In this document: positions 1 through 43,873 of the stretch, piece by piece | How positions within the stretch are numbered: position 1 is the first letter of the stretch | How the letters are laid out: each line of letters opens with the position of its first letter | Assembly (NCBI GenBank): GCA_963693365.1 | Contig: CAVNZM010000014.1 | Location: forward strand, 2,790,001 to 2,854,000 | Direction of reading: 5' to 3' | Source of the DNA: Amoebidium appalachense | Lineage: Eukaryota; Protista; Ichthyosporea | DNA: 64,000 bases | Translations under genes and position numbers: made by a program | Notes under the pieces: model-generated | What the model was told of the DNA's origin: nothing | Database searches by the model: none | What the model saw: only the letters and a program-made list of their open reading frames with translations

Positions 1-20343
<20,343 letters not shown>

Positions 20344-20640
20344 CGTTAGCGTGGCTGTAATTCTCAACCTTAGATTTAAAATCATAACCTGCAAACCTGT
20401 CGGTTAGTTAGTGGTATACATATGCGACAACAACGTGCTTAGTTAAACCGATGAGCCACGCTTGTAGCCTACTAGTAGAATGGTGTCGAGTTCACATCTG
20501 ATTTCTTAGTGGCCCGATGTGCATTTCCCGTGTTTTTTCTGTTTTGGCTACTATCCACAGTGGTTGTGTTGTCTTTGGTAAAGGGACGAATGGGTTTATG
20601 TCTGACTGTCTGTCTGTCTGTGTGTGAGCGTGCGTGTGTG

Positions 20641-20671
<31 letters not shown>

Positions 20672-23566
20672 GGGGGGGGGGGGGGGGGGAGGGGGGGGGG
20701 GGTTCAATATGTTCACACCACTGATACGCTTGTAGGTGACATCGTACATTACATACTTAGAGAGACTTTTTTTGCCGTTTTATCAACGCCTGGCATATTA
20801 ATTTGATGATCACTATTCCATAGTGGTCGTGCTTGGGTGGGCACCAATATGTACTAAGAGATAATTGACTATCACACGGTTTCGTTGTACTGATTTACTT
20901 TGTTTGCCTGTTGCAACGGTGTCAGGCTCGTCATAGACTCTTGAACCTAATACCTTTGGACCCAAGTTCTCCTCGACGCCAGCATTTTAAAGTTTACCCT
21001 CGGGTAAGAGAGCTGGGCAAGTATATATGTAATCACGAGTTTGAAGTCTCTCTCTGTTCGCATGCTCACGCCCAGCGTACTGCACACATCATCATGATAT
21101 TGATGGGATCCCCCACCCGTGGACGCGCGCCTGCCAGCACCGCCAGCACAGGCTATAGCATGTACATGCATACGCATCATTTGTGGCCGTCGATGCTCCG
21201 AGGACAATGTCATATTGAAGAGACCCCGTCTATGTACGTCGAGTTCACTCTCTTTTATGCTCTTGTATGCTGCCCCCGGTGTACTAATAAAATTAATAGT
21301 ATTATCTATTTCAGTATGTAATACAACATACAGTGCATGTGCACGTACCCATACATATTAGTCGCATGCGCAATCATGTGCATGACATTCACCATGTGCA
21401 AGTTCGTACGACGAGTACCGACCGTGAGACAACCGCATGCATCACACATACTAGTACACATGTGATCGATATATAAATGAAAGTTAATAGCGGTTGTAAC
21501 AGACACCAACAAGCCTACACTTATTTGTCTGGTAATATAAGTTGAGTTATTGCACAGGACTTCGTAGACTTGTTATATGTTCAAGGGAGAACGAATATCA
21601 TTTACTGTAGCCCGGGAAAAATAATGATATCATCTCCTTTCATTGACAGGATTGGCCCGGTACGCACCACCTCTTAATGAGCTACACAGTGATTGGCTTT
21701 CCGTATGGCAGGATCTTTGTTTGAATTGGTTGGGGGGTGCCACCAGCATTCCAATTCAAGATGATGGCGTGATGTGTACTTGCTTCGAAGTTCGATTCTA
21801 CAACCCGTTTATAGACGTTTGCACGTAGCCTATTTGTTGACTAGTAGTTGAATCGCAAACAATTTTTCTTCTTCTTCTTTTGGCATGTGCATGTGCATCT
21901 GTATGAATCAGGCTGCCACAGCAAAGCATGCATATGGTTTGTTTACATACAAATGATTATAAAACTGTGTACACACTGTAAATACACGCGCTTATATGGG
22001 TGGCATTGGGTGCACTCCGCGGCCCTGTACATACGGCTTAGCCAGACGTATGATACTGCTAAACTGGATGACTTGAAGGTGGGTTTAGCAGTCGATCCAC
22101 CCATTGAACAATAATACAGTACTACACTCTCAGCATTTGGGGGGGCAATGAGCATGACGTACATATGTGCACGCATACAGCCTGCACATGACAACAATGC
22201 GCAGGGATATATATACCGTTACCCCTATACACGTTATACACGTGCACGCGCCCGCTACTACCGACCCGAACTGTGTGCGTGTGCCGGTTAGTCCGGGACT
22301 CCGACACTGCACGCATCATGTCTGGAATCCAGCCAGTAACACTTCTCGTTATTAGCATATCTTGACTGCATGCATACCCAGGCAGAAAGACTCACGGACG
22401 GAGAGGGAAGTGTCTTTTTAGGCCTCCTTTCTCAGTGATCTTTCGTCGATGATACGATAAAGAAGCTCCTTATCTTTATATTTATCATGTAGCGGGTGGA
22501 AACTTAGTCGACTCATTGGCGTTACCGTCACAAGGAAAACCTTGGCACCTGCACAATTCATGTTAATTGTTGGCTGCAAAACGACCGGTAAGAAAACAAT
22601 TTTTTTTGGTGGTTGGCATCGTTCAAATCCTTTAGTGTTGTTGCACTTCGAATTCAATACATGCATGTGTAGTGCTACACACGCACAAGAAAAAACACAT
22701 GTTTATGTGCCTCTAAACAGAAAAGGGTGGCAGGAGGGGAAGAGGGGGAAGGGTGGGGGAGGGGAGGGGGGGGGGAAGAGGGGGATGGGGGGGAGGGGGG
22801 GCATGCGCACCTGGTTCTGTAGGTCTTCTGTACAGTACGTGCAAGATCCTTTCATGGTTGAGATGACAAGTCATACAGGACAGCTAAAACTTTAAAACGA
22901 TGGTTCAAATTCTGGTGGGTCATTGACGTTAGTGCGTTAGTTACATCCACCTGAAAAACCCGCTTTTTCGATTGATAATTTTGGATTCAAATATGATGGT
23001 TAAGGTCATTTACTGTATATACCATACTCCATCAAGCTACACACGCGTGCGAGCGTGCGGGCACACACACACACACACACAAGCACGCGCGCACGCGTGC
23101 ACACACACATACACGCCCGTGCGCGTGCGCACGTACACGGACACACACAAGCACACACGTGCACGAGCGCACTGCAGCACACACATATACACACACAGCA
23201 AACAACACTCAAAGTACACCTATTAGGACTGGTTTTATGCATGCACCACACTCGTTTACCGTGCATTCATACACATGGTTGCATCCAATTTGTGTATTGC
23301 GCATGTGCACTAGATCATTGAAGGGATCACAAACACATGCGTGGAGCCATGCACACAGTGGAAAAGACACGATACACCAGCACACACACAACACGTGCTA
23401 CATGATACACACCATGGGCAAGTGCTTAATGTGTTTATGTACATGGAATGGAGCACATTATTATTCCGCCTATGCTAATTTCCATCCTGATGTGTCCCGG
23501 ACGACCCCCCCCCCCCCACCCACCCACCCACCCCCCTCCCCCCGGCCACTTAAACCAACGTGTACA

Positions 23567-23621
<55 letters not shown>

Positions 23622-23887
23622 GCACACACGCACACGCACGCACACACACACACACACATTATGTGTATATTCGTGCTCATATTTGCAATTTGTCATCATT
23701 TGCATGTCATTTGCTCCACATTGTACGCCCTGTGTTCCATACTGGATGCCGCATACTTACCATCCCCCCCTCCCCCCCCCCTCCCCCCCCCCCCTCCCCC
23801 TCCTCCCCCCATCACCACGACCACTGCCATCTCCTCCCCCTTCTCCTCCCCTCCACCCACCCTTTTATCTCCAACTTTAGTTTCCAG

Positions 23888-24496
23888 AGTCATGGACAGA
23901 AGGAGGCAAATTGGGGTCCGCCTTTCCCAATCGGCCGACGAACGGGACCCGATTACGTGGAATTAGGTGCAAGGACCTGTGGTTGGTCAAAATTTTGCAA
24001 TCGGATCGCGATCTCCAACTCGCAGAGGTGCCGGATCGCCACAAAGATCGCACCAATCGCCGCAACTCAGGTCCAGTTCCGCCGTCGGCATGGCTGATTA
24101 CATGCAGATGGGTCTGGGGAGAATGGGCTTCTATGGAGCCGTCCCTCTCGAGAGTCTTCTATTGGCCACAGGGCCGAAACGCCTTCTGGTGGGTAGAACC
24201 CCGTCTCCAACCCTGTTTCTCTGTTTTTTTTTTTTTTTTTTTTTTTTTTTTTGTCTTTTTTTCGGTTTGTTTTGTTTCTTCCCGTTGCTATAGTCCGTCT
24301 TGGCCGGAGATTGCACAAGTGTTTGCTTTGTGTATTATTTTTCCCATTTGCCACTTGTTTTGGCTATAATCCCCATCATTCCCCCCTCCCCCCACCCCCC
24401 TCCCCCGGTTCAACCCCCCCCCCCCCCACACACACACACACACACACGCACACATCCCACACCCTCTCCGATCCCACAACAAAAGCCCCCCCCCCC

Positions 24497-24527
<31 letters not shown>

Positions 24528-25451
24528 ACCTCCCAACATCACTTACCCAAACACAAAAGGACAGAAGAGGAAAAGGCACGTGCGCACACAGTCGCACACA
24601 TACACGCAGGGACCAACAAAACAAAACACGTACTGTAATAAGATGTACTGACTTGCGCTCACCGGACCAAAAACATATCTGGTGCATGGTGATTTTATAA
24701 CCAACCCCTCCCCCCTCCCCCCCTCCCCCCCCCCCCCCCCTCCCCCCGCCCCCCCCCTAACATCCTCCCTCCCGCTCCCAGCTCGATCCTACACTATTCA
24801 CATTATTCTCCTTTATTCCCCCTATGGGAGTGAATCTGCTCCACAAAAAAGACTGTTATACATACTGCCATTAGCCCATTGCTCTCTTGTTTGCATATCT
24901 TGTTTTGGTACGTGTATATGATCTCCCCTCCCCCCATCCCTAACTCACCCCCCCTCCTACCCGATGCCCCCCCCCCCCCCCCCCCCCCCCCCGGCCCCCG
25001 TTTTTTTCAAGTTTTTCTTCGCCGCTGTCTCTAGGAACCGGATGTGAACATGTTTCTACACACTTGTTCTCTGTAGATACCATCTGTCACAAGACAAACA
25101 GCATAAACCCCCACAAGTAGAGATGCGGAGGCACAAATGATCTCACGAACCCCCCCGGCCTTCCCATCAAATTTCAGGCCCATGGAGACCCCACAGCCCG
25201 CATGACCCTTCTCTCCGAACTTCAAAATGAGATGGAACAAACCCCGGCCAATAGTCTTGCAGATACATGTGGGGGACCAATCAGGTGGTGTTCTTCTGCA
25301 GCCAGCCAGATTCGGGTCGGGTCCGGTATTGGACTCGGTTCCAGGTCGCCCACTCCGGGGCTTATGGCTCATTCTTCATCTCCTGTCACGATGGCTACTA
25401 CAACCAAAGGGTATTTTACATACTCTCCGCCCTCTTCCCCTCCCCCTCCCC

Positions 25452-25508
<57 letters not shown>

Positions 25509-25769
25509 GGCGAATTCTGATTTTGCATTGTCCGTTGTGGTGTACTTCAAACTTAATGACACATTTCCTTTCCCTCCTCCCCCCCCCCCCCCCCCTCCAC
25601 ACCTCCTCTTCCACCGGCCTCCCCCCCCACCTCCTTTCCTTCCGCATGCTCCTTTCCTCTGCCAAAATCTACCCAAACACACACTCAAATGCACACACCA
25701 ACACACACCCTTGCACACATGCACACACACATGTGTGCACACACAGAAGCACACACGCGCGCGCGCGTG

Positions 25770-25848
<79 letters not shown>

Positions 25849-27289
25849 ACTGGGCAGACACCTACACCCACTGCATACACCACCTCCCACCACACAACCA
25901 ACCCCAATTCCACCACACACAGACATGGGCACACACAAGCACACTCAACACACAAAAACACCCACACGGGAGATTCGTACACGCACAATTGCACACACAC
26001 ATTCATATACCCATCCACCCTCCCCATCTCCCGCCCGCTACCATAAAAAGAGCCTGCCCCCTCCCCCCCCCCCCCCTCCCCCCTCCCTCCCTTACCCTTC
26101 GCCCTTCCCCCCTCCCCCCCTCCCCCTCTCCCCCCCCCCCCCAACAACACCCCCCACCCCCTCCCTTCCCCTTCCCCACAAATCTTAACAAATACACATA
26201 CACACACACAGACAAACACACACACACAAGCACACACTAACATCCCCCTCTCCTTCAGAGTGCCCCAACGGAGCAGATCACTCTCCACCCCGCCCCTTCT
26301 TCTCCCTAGACCCGACAATATGTCCCCCAGCACCCCAATTGAAAAGCAGGGTCTAAGCGGACAGAAGAAAAACACACTTCTTAACGAGTTGCAAATGCTG
26401 GAGGAATAAGCAACCAAAACCCAATCAAAAAGCGTAAATTTGGTTCCTATTGCACCCCGCCCAATTTCCATGCCACCCCAACCGACACAAAAGATCGACG
26501 TGTTCCCCAAACCCCAGAGGGGGGTCACAAGCAAGTTTCGCGGAAAGATTTAAGCAACAGCATCGGGGTTTCTCGTGGTTCCCCGGCAAAAAACGAAAAT
26601 TGTAAATCAAACCCCCCCTTGGGCGTAAATTCGGTTGCCAGGAGCAGGAGCCCAAAATACCGCGACAACATGACCGCTGACCAATCGCCACAGCTGATTC
26701 CTTCCAGTCAGAATTTCATGTCCGCCAATACCGTGAGACGGCACACGGAATCGCAGCTAATCGGAAATCTGGATATAAAAATGTTGGAAATTGAGCCGGA
26801 CGGGTCCGATGGCGCTTCGTACAGCAGCTCAGTTCCAATACCGCAGCCCACATACGGGAAAACAAACCGGAAACCGAGGAACTTTACGGGGGTTTTGATG
26901 CAAATATGGAAATTTTCGACGATTTTCTGCCCCCTGGTGTGTTGGATGGAGACCCATATATGGAAGCGGGCAACTCGGATCTGGGTGTTTTTCTGCAGGT
27001 TATGAACGATCTTCGATCAGGGACCAGATCAGCGGGAGATAGTCGAAAATACACCCAAATTTCAACTTCCGGGGATACAGATATGGTGCCTATCCCGCCC
27101 ACATCGCGGGGGGGAGATATATCCATGGTAGATAATGATGAAATTTGGATCGACATACTCGGTAAACACACCATGCCGATGGAGATGAGGGGACTCGGAG
27201 CCAATCAGGAGGAGAAGACGACGGATGGCTTGCTTTTTGAATTTCTGTCCAAGCAGGCGCTACTGGCAAAGCCAGGAAACATTGCCTAA
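23888..27289 (+). pseudogene. Disabled (or mis-read) Ser/Pro-rich protein gene, about 3 exons, unknown family
   Basis: Exon-like blocks 23888-24188, 25035-25410 and 26259-27289 with canonical splice sites (branch CACTAAC before 26259). Repeated peptide motifs TLLSELQ/TLLNELQ and GSRSPT twice, plus a KKRK basic patch. In-frame stops at 23964 (TAG), 25074 (TAG), 25104 (TAA), 26407 (TAA) and 26603 (TAA), plus several frameshifts, mostly at homopolymers. Confidence 0.6.
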
Positions 27290-29051
27290 TATAGAGGAAA
27301 TGAGGGGTCTGGTTTCGGTTTTAACACAGCCGTGTATAGCAAATGATTTGTTTTTAAAGCTTTTCCGGATGAAAAACGGCCTTTGGACACAGACTTCTGA
27401 CTGGAGCGTATTCAATGTGGTTGTTAGAAACTCTTATTCATTGGTCGGCAGCAGACCACGTACACATGGGAACACAATCTGTGAAAGGATAGTTCGAGAT
27501 GTCTTAAGCATCCATAGGTAGAACAAAATAGGTTTGAACACTCGTGCGGAGTGAGAATATTGCATTTACAATAAGAATTGTTGTTGTGTCATATGCATTC
27601 GGCCCGGGGGGACTGGCTGTTTATTTGATATCGACATATCATGTGATCTATTCCATTATCAATAAGTTATGTTATGATTGGGAGTTTTAATTGTCAGTTA
27701 TCCCAAAACAATTCAAATTGATAGATGTGTTCGCTAATACAAAACAAGGCTCATTGTGATTACTCGAGATATACAGTACCACCACAGTGTATTGCCTTTA
27801 GGTCTATATGTGTAGCTTTGAAAAAGCAAAACACTGATCATGCGTAGGAACTAGGACTTTTGCGGCCTGTGAGTAACAATTCAGTTCGAGTCAGTGAACG
27901 GTACAAGTGTAGGAATTAACGGTTTCGTTCATATACGCGGCTCCCCATGCCTTCACCTATACTCCTGCATAACACGAGAGAAACAACCTTTGTACGAGAG
28001 AAACAACCAAACTACGTAATGCAGTAAAGTTATCAAAAACAAATATGGATACGTCAACAGGCATGCATGATTTTCTGGACCAATATGGAGACGCAACGAA
28101 ATAAATTCGAATCCAATTTGTATCGAACATGAAATGTCTTATTCCAGCGCGGTCCCAAACGACCAAACAAAACCCAAAATTGTACAGTACATGCGTACCT
28201 GCCAGTGACCTTGGTTTGTTAGACCAGGGCCCAACTTGACAAGACTTGGGTATGGGTGGCTAGGTGGGTGGGTGCAAAGGTTGGGGGAAGATATAGAAGG
28301 AGGGATTCGGAGGAGGCCTGGGGAGGGAGGAGGGGGGAGGGGAGGGGGGAGGTTGAATGTGCTATTGAGCATACATGTACGCACGAATAGTAGGTACAGA
28401 TCACACGACGGACAACTCACAGTGCCGAGCACAAAGCACACACGAAGACTTGTCAGAGTGTTTCATTATACACGCATCTAGAGCCCATCCTCCTTCCTTT
28501 GGGGGGGGGAGGAGGAGGAGGAGGAGGGGGAGGGGGAGGGGGGGGAGGGGGGGAGGGGGGATACGTGTTTTTCAATTCCGTGTTATTGTACACGTGAAAG
28601 TGAACGTGATGGTCAATTAGCCGGCAAGAGTTTTACAATTACTGCAGATGGTTTCTTTAATACGGCTTGAAGCTGCAGCATAAACACCGTAGGGTTAACC
28701 CCACAGAAAGTTTGAACAAAGTTTTTACTTTTTTTCTGTCGATATGTCATGTTTTATTGGGTTTTCCTACTATTTATAACTGGACGATATCAGTAGCATA
28801 ACTTGATATGGTCAATAAAAGGGATCGCATCGAGTATTCTTTGTCACTCGTGCGCACGGGTTAATCTTACAGCTGGGTATTGGATACATATGCACACAAA
28901 TAAAGAGATAAAAGTCTGAAAAACTTGGTTTGGAGCAAGCCCGACCATAACCCCGTTTTTACGGTAAAAAATACCCAGAAACATTTGAAAATACCAACAA
29001 AATTTCGGTTCATGGTAAGCCTCCCGAGGTTTCATGGTAAGACATGGTAAG

Positions 29052-29102
<51 letters not shown>

Positions 29103-29209
29103 CCCGCCCGGCCCCCATGCATATGGCTGCGTATTATAACACAACACATGTGGTAAACCATGATATCATACGTATATAGGCATCAAATGACACGGATATT
29201 CCAAAGTAG

Positions 29210-30677
<1,468 letters not shown>

Positions 30678-31219
30678 GGGTCGGTGGTTGGGCTGTGGGT
30701 ACCGGTGTGGATTTGCGTGGTGGGGTCGAAGTTTGGGCTGCGGGTGTGGATTTGCGTTGGGGGGTTGGTGGTTTGGCTGATGGCGGGGTGATTGCGGGGG
30801 ATGGTGATTTGGCTGTGGGCTAGGTCGTGTGTGGGTCTCTTTTAGGGGTGTGAATCTCGGAGGGTGATTTGCTTGCACTGTGTGTGCGTGCAGGGGAAAA
30901 AGGCCCTTCTAGATCTGCTAAGGGGCTGGATTCGTTTCCGTCATTTGAACTAATGGTGTTTATGGATGACCTAATTCGTGATGGTGAGCAATATGATCCC
31001 TTGTCCTGGTCGGATACCTGACGTGAGGGGCGTGGGTGTGTTGTCATGCCCGTTTTCTCGGGTTTATTAACTTTCCCTCCGAGAAAAACGGGCAAGAAAT
31101 CCCCTATAGTGCGTTGTGAAGGTTGCAGCTGCCTGTATCTACGGTCTGCTTGACCAGTTGAACTTGCAACAGGAGGAGGCCGGGAGGGGCCCGCAGGTAT
31201 TTTGGGCCCCATTTCACGA
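30678..31219 (-). pseudogene. Ser/Pro/Thr-rich coding exon with one in-frame TAG, gene unknown
   Basis: Branch GCTGAC and acceptor TTGCAG upstream. The frame reads REMGPKIPAGPSRPPP...KRDPHTT*PTAKSPSPAITPPSAKPPTPQRKSTP..., continuing with the same composition past the TAG at 30820-30822 up to a GT at the edge of the microsatellite. Confidence 0.45.
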
Positions 31220-31751
31220 CTGCAACAAGCCCTACTGTGTTTCTGCTCCTAACGTCAGCAGTACAATGCACAACTACATGGCAACTGTAACACAAACTGC
31301 ATGCATCTGCAGGCAGCCTGATGTCGAGATAATTCCTGATACATTCAGGGGGCCAACCGGAAGCCAGAAGCAGCAAATGTTAAATCCAATCATTACGATG
31401 CTTAATAACCATATATGGCTATCGTAGGCCACCACCATGGAATCGGCCAGGGCCCGAGTCCGACAAACAGAAATTTCAATCGGTACACACTATTACTAAA
31501 TTTATTGGTAGTGCACCTTTTTATTTATAAATATGGGAGGGGTGTACGCCCCATTATTTATTTCTTTCTGCCATAGTATTGCTGGAGAATGCTGATGCTA
31601 TTTATCAACGTTGTTGAGTCCCACTTTGCGTGCGTCACCATCTATTCAAGTTAGATTGACCTGTGCTGGGGCCCGGGAGCTCCAGAGAGCTAAAGGGAGG
31701 GAGAGAGCCGAGAGAAAGAGAGAGTCGAGAGACAGACAAAGAGAGAGAGAA

Positions 31752-31828
<77 letters not shown>

Positions 31829-31859
31829 AGCGAGAGAGAGAGCCTCGGAGAGAGAGCCT

Positions 31860-31940
<81 letters not shown>

Positions 31941-32358
31941 CGAGAGAGCGAGAGAGAGAAGATATATGGAGAGAAGGAGAGAGAGAGAGAGACAACCCAC
32001 ACAAACACATATGCACATATAAATTATAAAACACGACGCATCACATACACACATCTGCGCGTACGCGCACGCCCCTCACAAGACATGCCCGCAAGATATG
32101 GAGCCAACTCCCGAGGTTAGATTGCGCAAACAGTGCCCCGCCAAATGACATGGTACGAAAAATACCATAACCCGAAACCCAAAATACATCGGGGCTTGAA
32201 AAATACCATCAAAATTTTCTGAATTTTCGGGCTTGGTTTGGAGAGATACCCTGCTAATATAATCAACTCAATGGGAGATTCCAAAAATCAGATCGGTTGC
32301 CATCTCCCCCCCCCCCCTCCCCCCCCTTTCTTCCCGCCTTTTGTTTAGATCAGTTGTC

Positions 32359-32395
<37 letters not shown>

Positions 32396-32519
32396 TTTTC
32401 TTCCAGCCTTTTGCTCGCGAAAAAAAAAGCGAAGGAGAAAAAAAAAAAAAAAAAAAAAAAAAGGGAACGAGACGTTAGTGAAAGGAAAATTGAATCATAA
32501 TGTTGAATAACACCATATA

Positions 32520-32585
<66 letters not shown>

Positions 32586-32652
32586 ATAAGCGGGCATAGA
32601 ATTTATCTAAACACAATCATAGGTTGAACAATCGGGGTGACTTGATTGGCTG

Positions 32653-41697
<9,045 letters not shown>

Positions 41698-41703
41698 AGT
41701 GAA

Positions 41704-41734
<31 letters not shown>

Positions 41735-42290
41735 AGGGGCCAGGGAAGAAAGAGAAATGGGGGAGGGTGGGTTCAGTCGGAGGAGAAAGACTAAGGATGC
41801 GGCGACGGATGCGCCGTGGTGAAAAGAACCGAGCGAAAGTGCTTCGATTCGGAACCGTTTGAAGGGCCGCCGCCCGTCGCAGCCGGTGTCGTTAAGGTAC
41901 GGTGAAACAGAGGAAAACTGAAAGAAGCAAATAAAAACAGACTTGAAAAAAAGTGTCTGAGCAGTGAGCAGTCTCTTGACTAACTTTCCCAGAGATAGAT
42001 GCCATGTTCCCCTTAGATGTGTGAGTCGGGCGAAATTATACTTTTTTCCCCCCTATATTTCAAAAATTCGAAATTGGAAATATGGGATCATGAGTTGCAT
42101 CAACATGCATGGACACTCTGTAGATGCAGAGTAACACCAATGTTATTCCAAATGTTTATTGGAAGATACTACGGGATATACAATATAGATTTTAAGTAAA
42201 CTAACCCTTAATAGAAATGTACATGCTAGGAAGTTCCGGAGGCGGAATGATAATCCGAACAATCTAGAAGTAAATCCAAATATAATATGC

Positions 42291-43873
42291 CTACCCTCTT
42301 TCAACCTGATTCCTCCTCTCGCTATCTCACTCCCTCTTTCTTTTCTCTTCCTGTTTTTTCTGCCTTTTCGCGTTATTACCATACGCAGTATCAGTTTCTT
42401 TCTCGTTCTGATAGAGAAATCATAGGTAAAACTCAGTCGGCATGTGTTATGTTCCTTAGGCAACACCGTACTGATCATTATCGCTTTTTGGGAGCTTTGG
42501 CAGGATACATTTCTCCTGCTGTACGTATGGATACCACCCTAGTAGATAAGTCTGTATGGTGCTCTGATGTTGATATTGCCTGGGAAGTTGTGCAGTGGCG
42601 TTGTAATTTTTGTTTCCATCGCCGCTGGTGCCACTTTTGTGCTGAACTTTTTAATCGCAAGCATGTTGATAGGTGTGAGCTTTTATGCCGCGTTTTACCT
42701 CTTTCCCTACGGGTGTCTGCTACACTGGCTGGCAATGTGACCACTTTAGACTTTTTGTTGAATTCTGTTGGTCGTCACATTGAGTATTTATATGGTTTTC
42801 ACACAGTGTTCAGGTATCTCAGTATGCACTTGTTACTGGGTAGCTCGTGAAGTTTTTATTGACATCTCCCTTCCGCGGAGTTTCTCGTTTGAGGGGACTT
42901 CACTTTTACTTCGATCTCTTAGCTGTCACGTCAACTTTTTTTCCCGATTCTTCACCATGGCAGGTATATAAAGGCTTTCGTTTTTTCTTTTTGTGGTGGG
43001 AAGGAGTCCCACCCAGGGGAACGTGACACTGTGTGTGTGTAGTGCGGCCTTGTCTATTCCTACTGTTGTGAGAATGTGGGGACATCTCCCTTCCGCGGAG
43101 TTCCTCGCTTGAGGAGTGGTTTCTTCGACATCTGGTGGCCCACTGCAACTTACGGTGACTTCTACACGCTATCTACGCTTCTACGCGAGCTATTGGCGGT
43201 GGGCTGCTGCAACTTCTTCAACTGCTTCTGCGCTGCGTGAGTGGAGGGGTAGCTACTGGGTCGTCGAGGAGCTTTCCTTGTGTCTGCCGTGTTTTCAGCC
43301 TTCAGCAGTATGGCAATGACTGGGTTTGCTTGCATGCATTCTGTAGTTGTGTTTTCCTGTGTGTCCTGCCACAACTAGGCCACCTTTTTAACGAGTTAGA
43401 GACAGCTTCTGCCGGTTTTTTAGGGGACGGGCCCGTGGGGATTGTTTTCTAGCTCGGAATTGGTCTGCATTGCTCTTCAATAGGCTGACTTGCTTGCTGT
43501 GCCCCGGTAGGTTTTGAGGGGGGCCTGTTGGGAAGCAGCAGTAATGATGTCTTCTTGCGGAGTGTGGCCTGGTCATCATCGCTGCATATGACTAGTTGGA
43601 GCAAACTAGTCTCACGCATACACGTGCACTTGTACCTTTGCTTGCTGGTGTCCTTTGGTCACTTGTTGTTTTATTTTTTATTTCATCGCTGTGGCTCTTT
43701 CGAAGTCGGTTATTTTGGTGGTCATATAGCCTGTGGCTGCACTTTGCCTTCATATCCACTGGACCACTGATCAATAAATCCCAGTCAAGAGAAAAAAGTT
43801 TTTATTGTCTTCTCAGTATGCCGTGCATACTTGCATATCTTTCCGTCGAACAAATCCAGTCAAAAGAAAAAAA
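42291..43873 (+). mobile_element. 5'-truncated non-LTR retrotransposon (LINE 3' end), interrupted by a nested 0.9-kb insertion
   Basis: Direct repeat ATAATATGC at 42282-42290 and 43874-43882 (TSD). The frame is open from the left junction to TGA at 42848-42850 and encodes WRCNFCFHRRWCHFCAELFNRKHVDRC...TLDFLLN, a Cys/His motif resembling non-LTR RT C-termini. The short 3' UTR ends AAATCCAGTCAAAAGAAAAAAA. Confidence 0.75.
42862..43795 (+). mobile_element. ~0.9-kb non-autonomous retroposon, copy 1, nested in the LINE 3' UTR
   Basis: 12-bp TSD AAGTTTTTATTG at 42850-42861 and 43796-43807. The body from 42896 (GACTTC...) is colinear with 57810-56921 on the opposite strand. TATATAAA at 42965, AATAAA at 43773 and an A-rich end. 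Confidence 0.85.
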
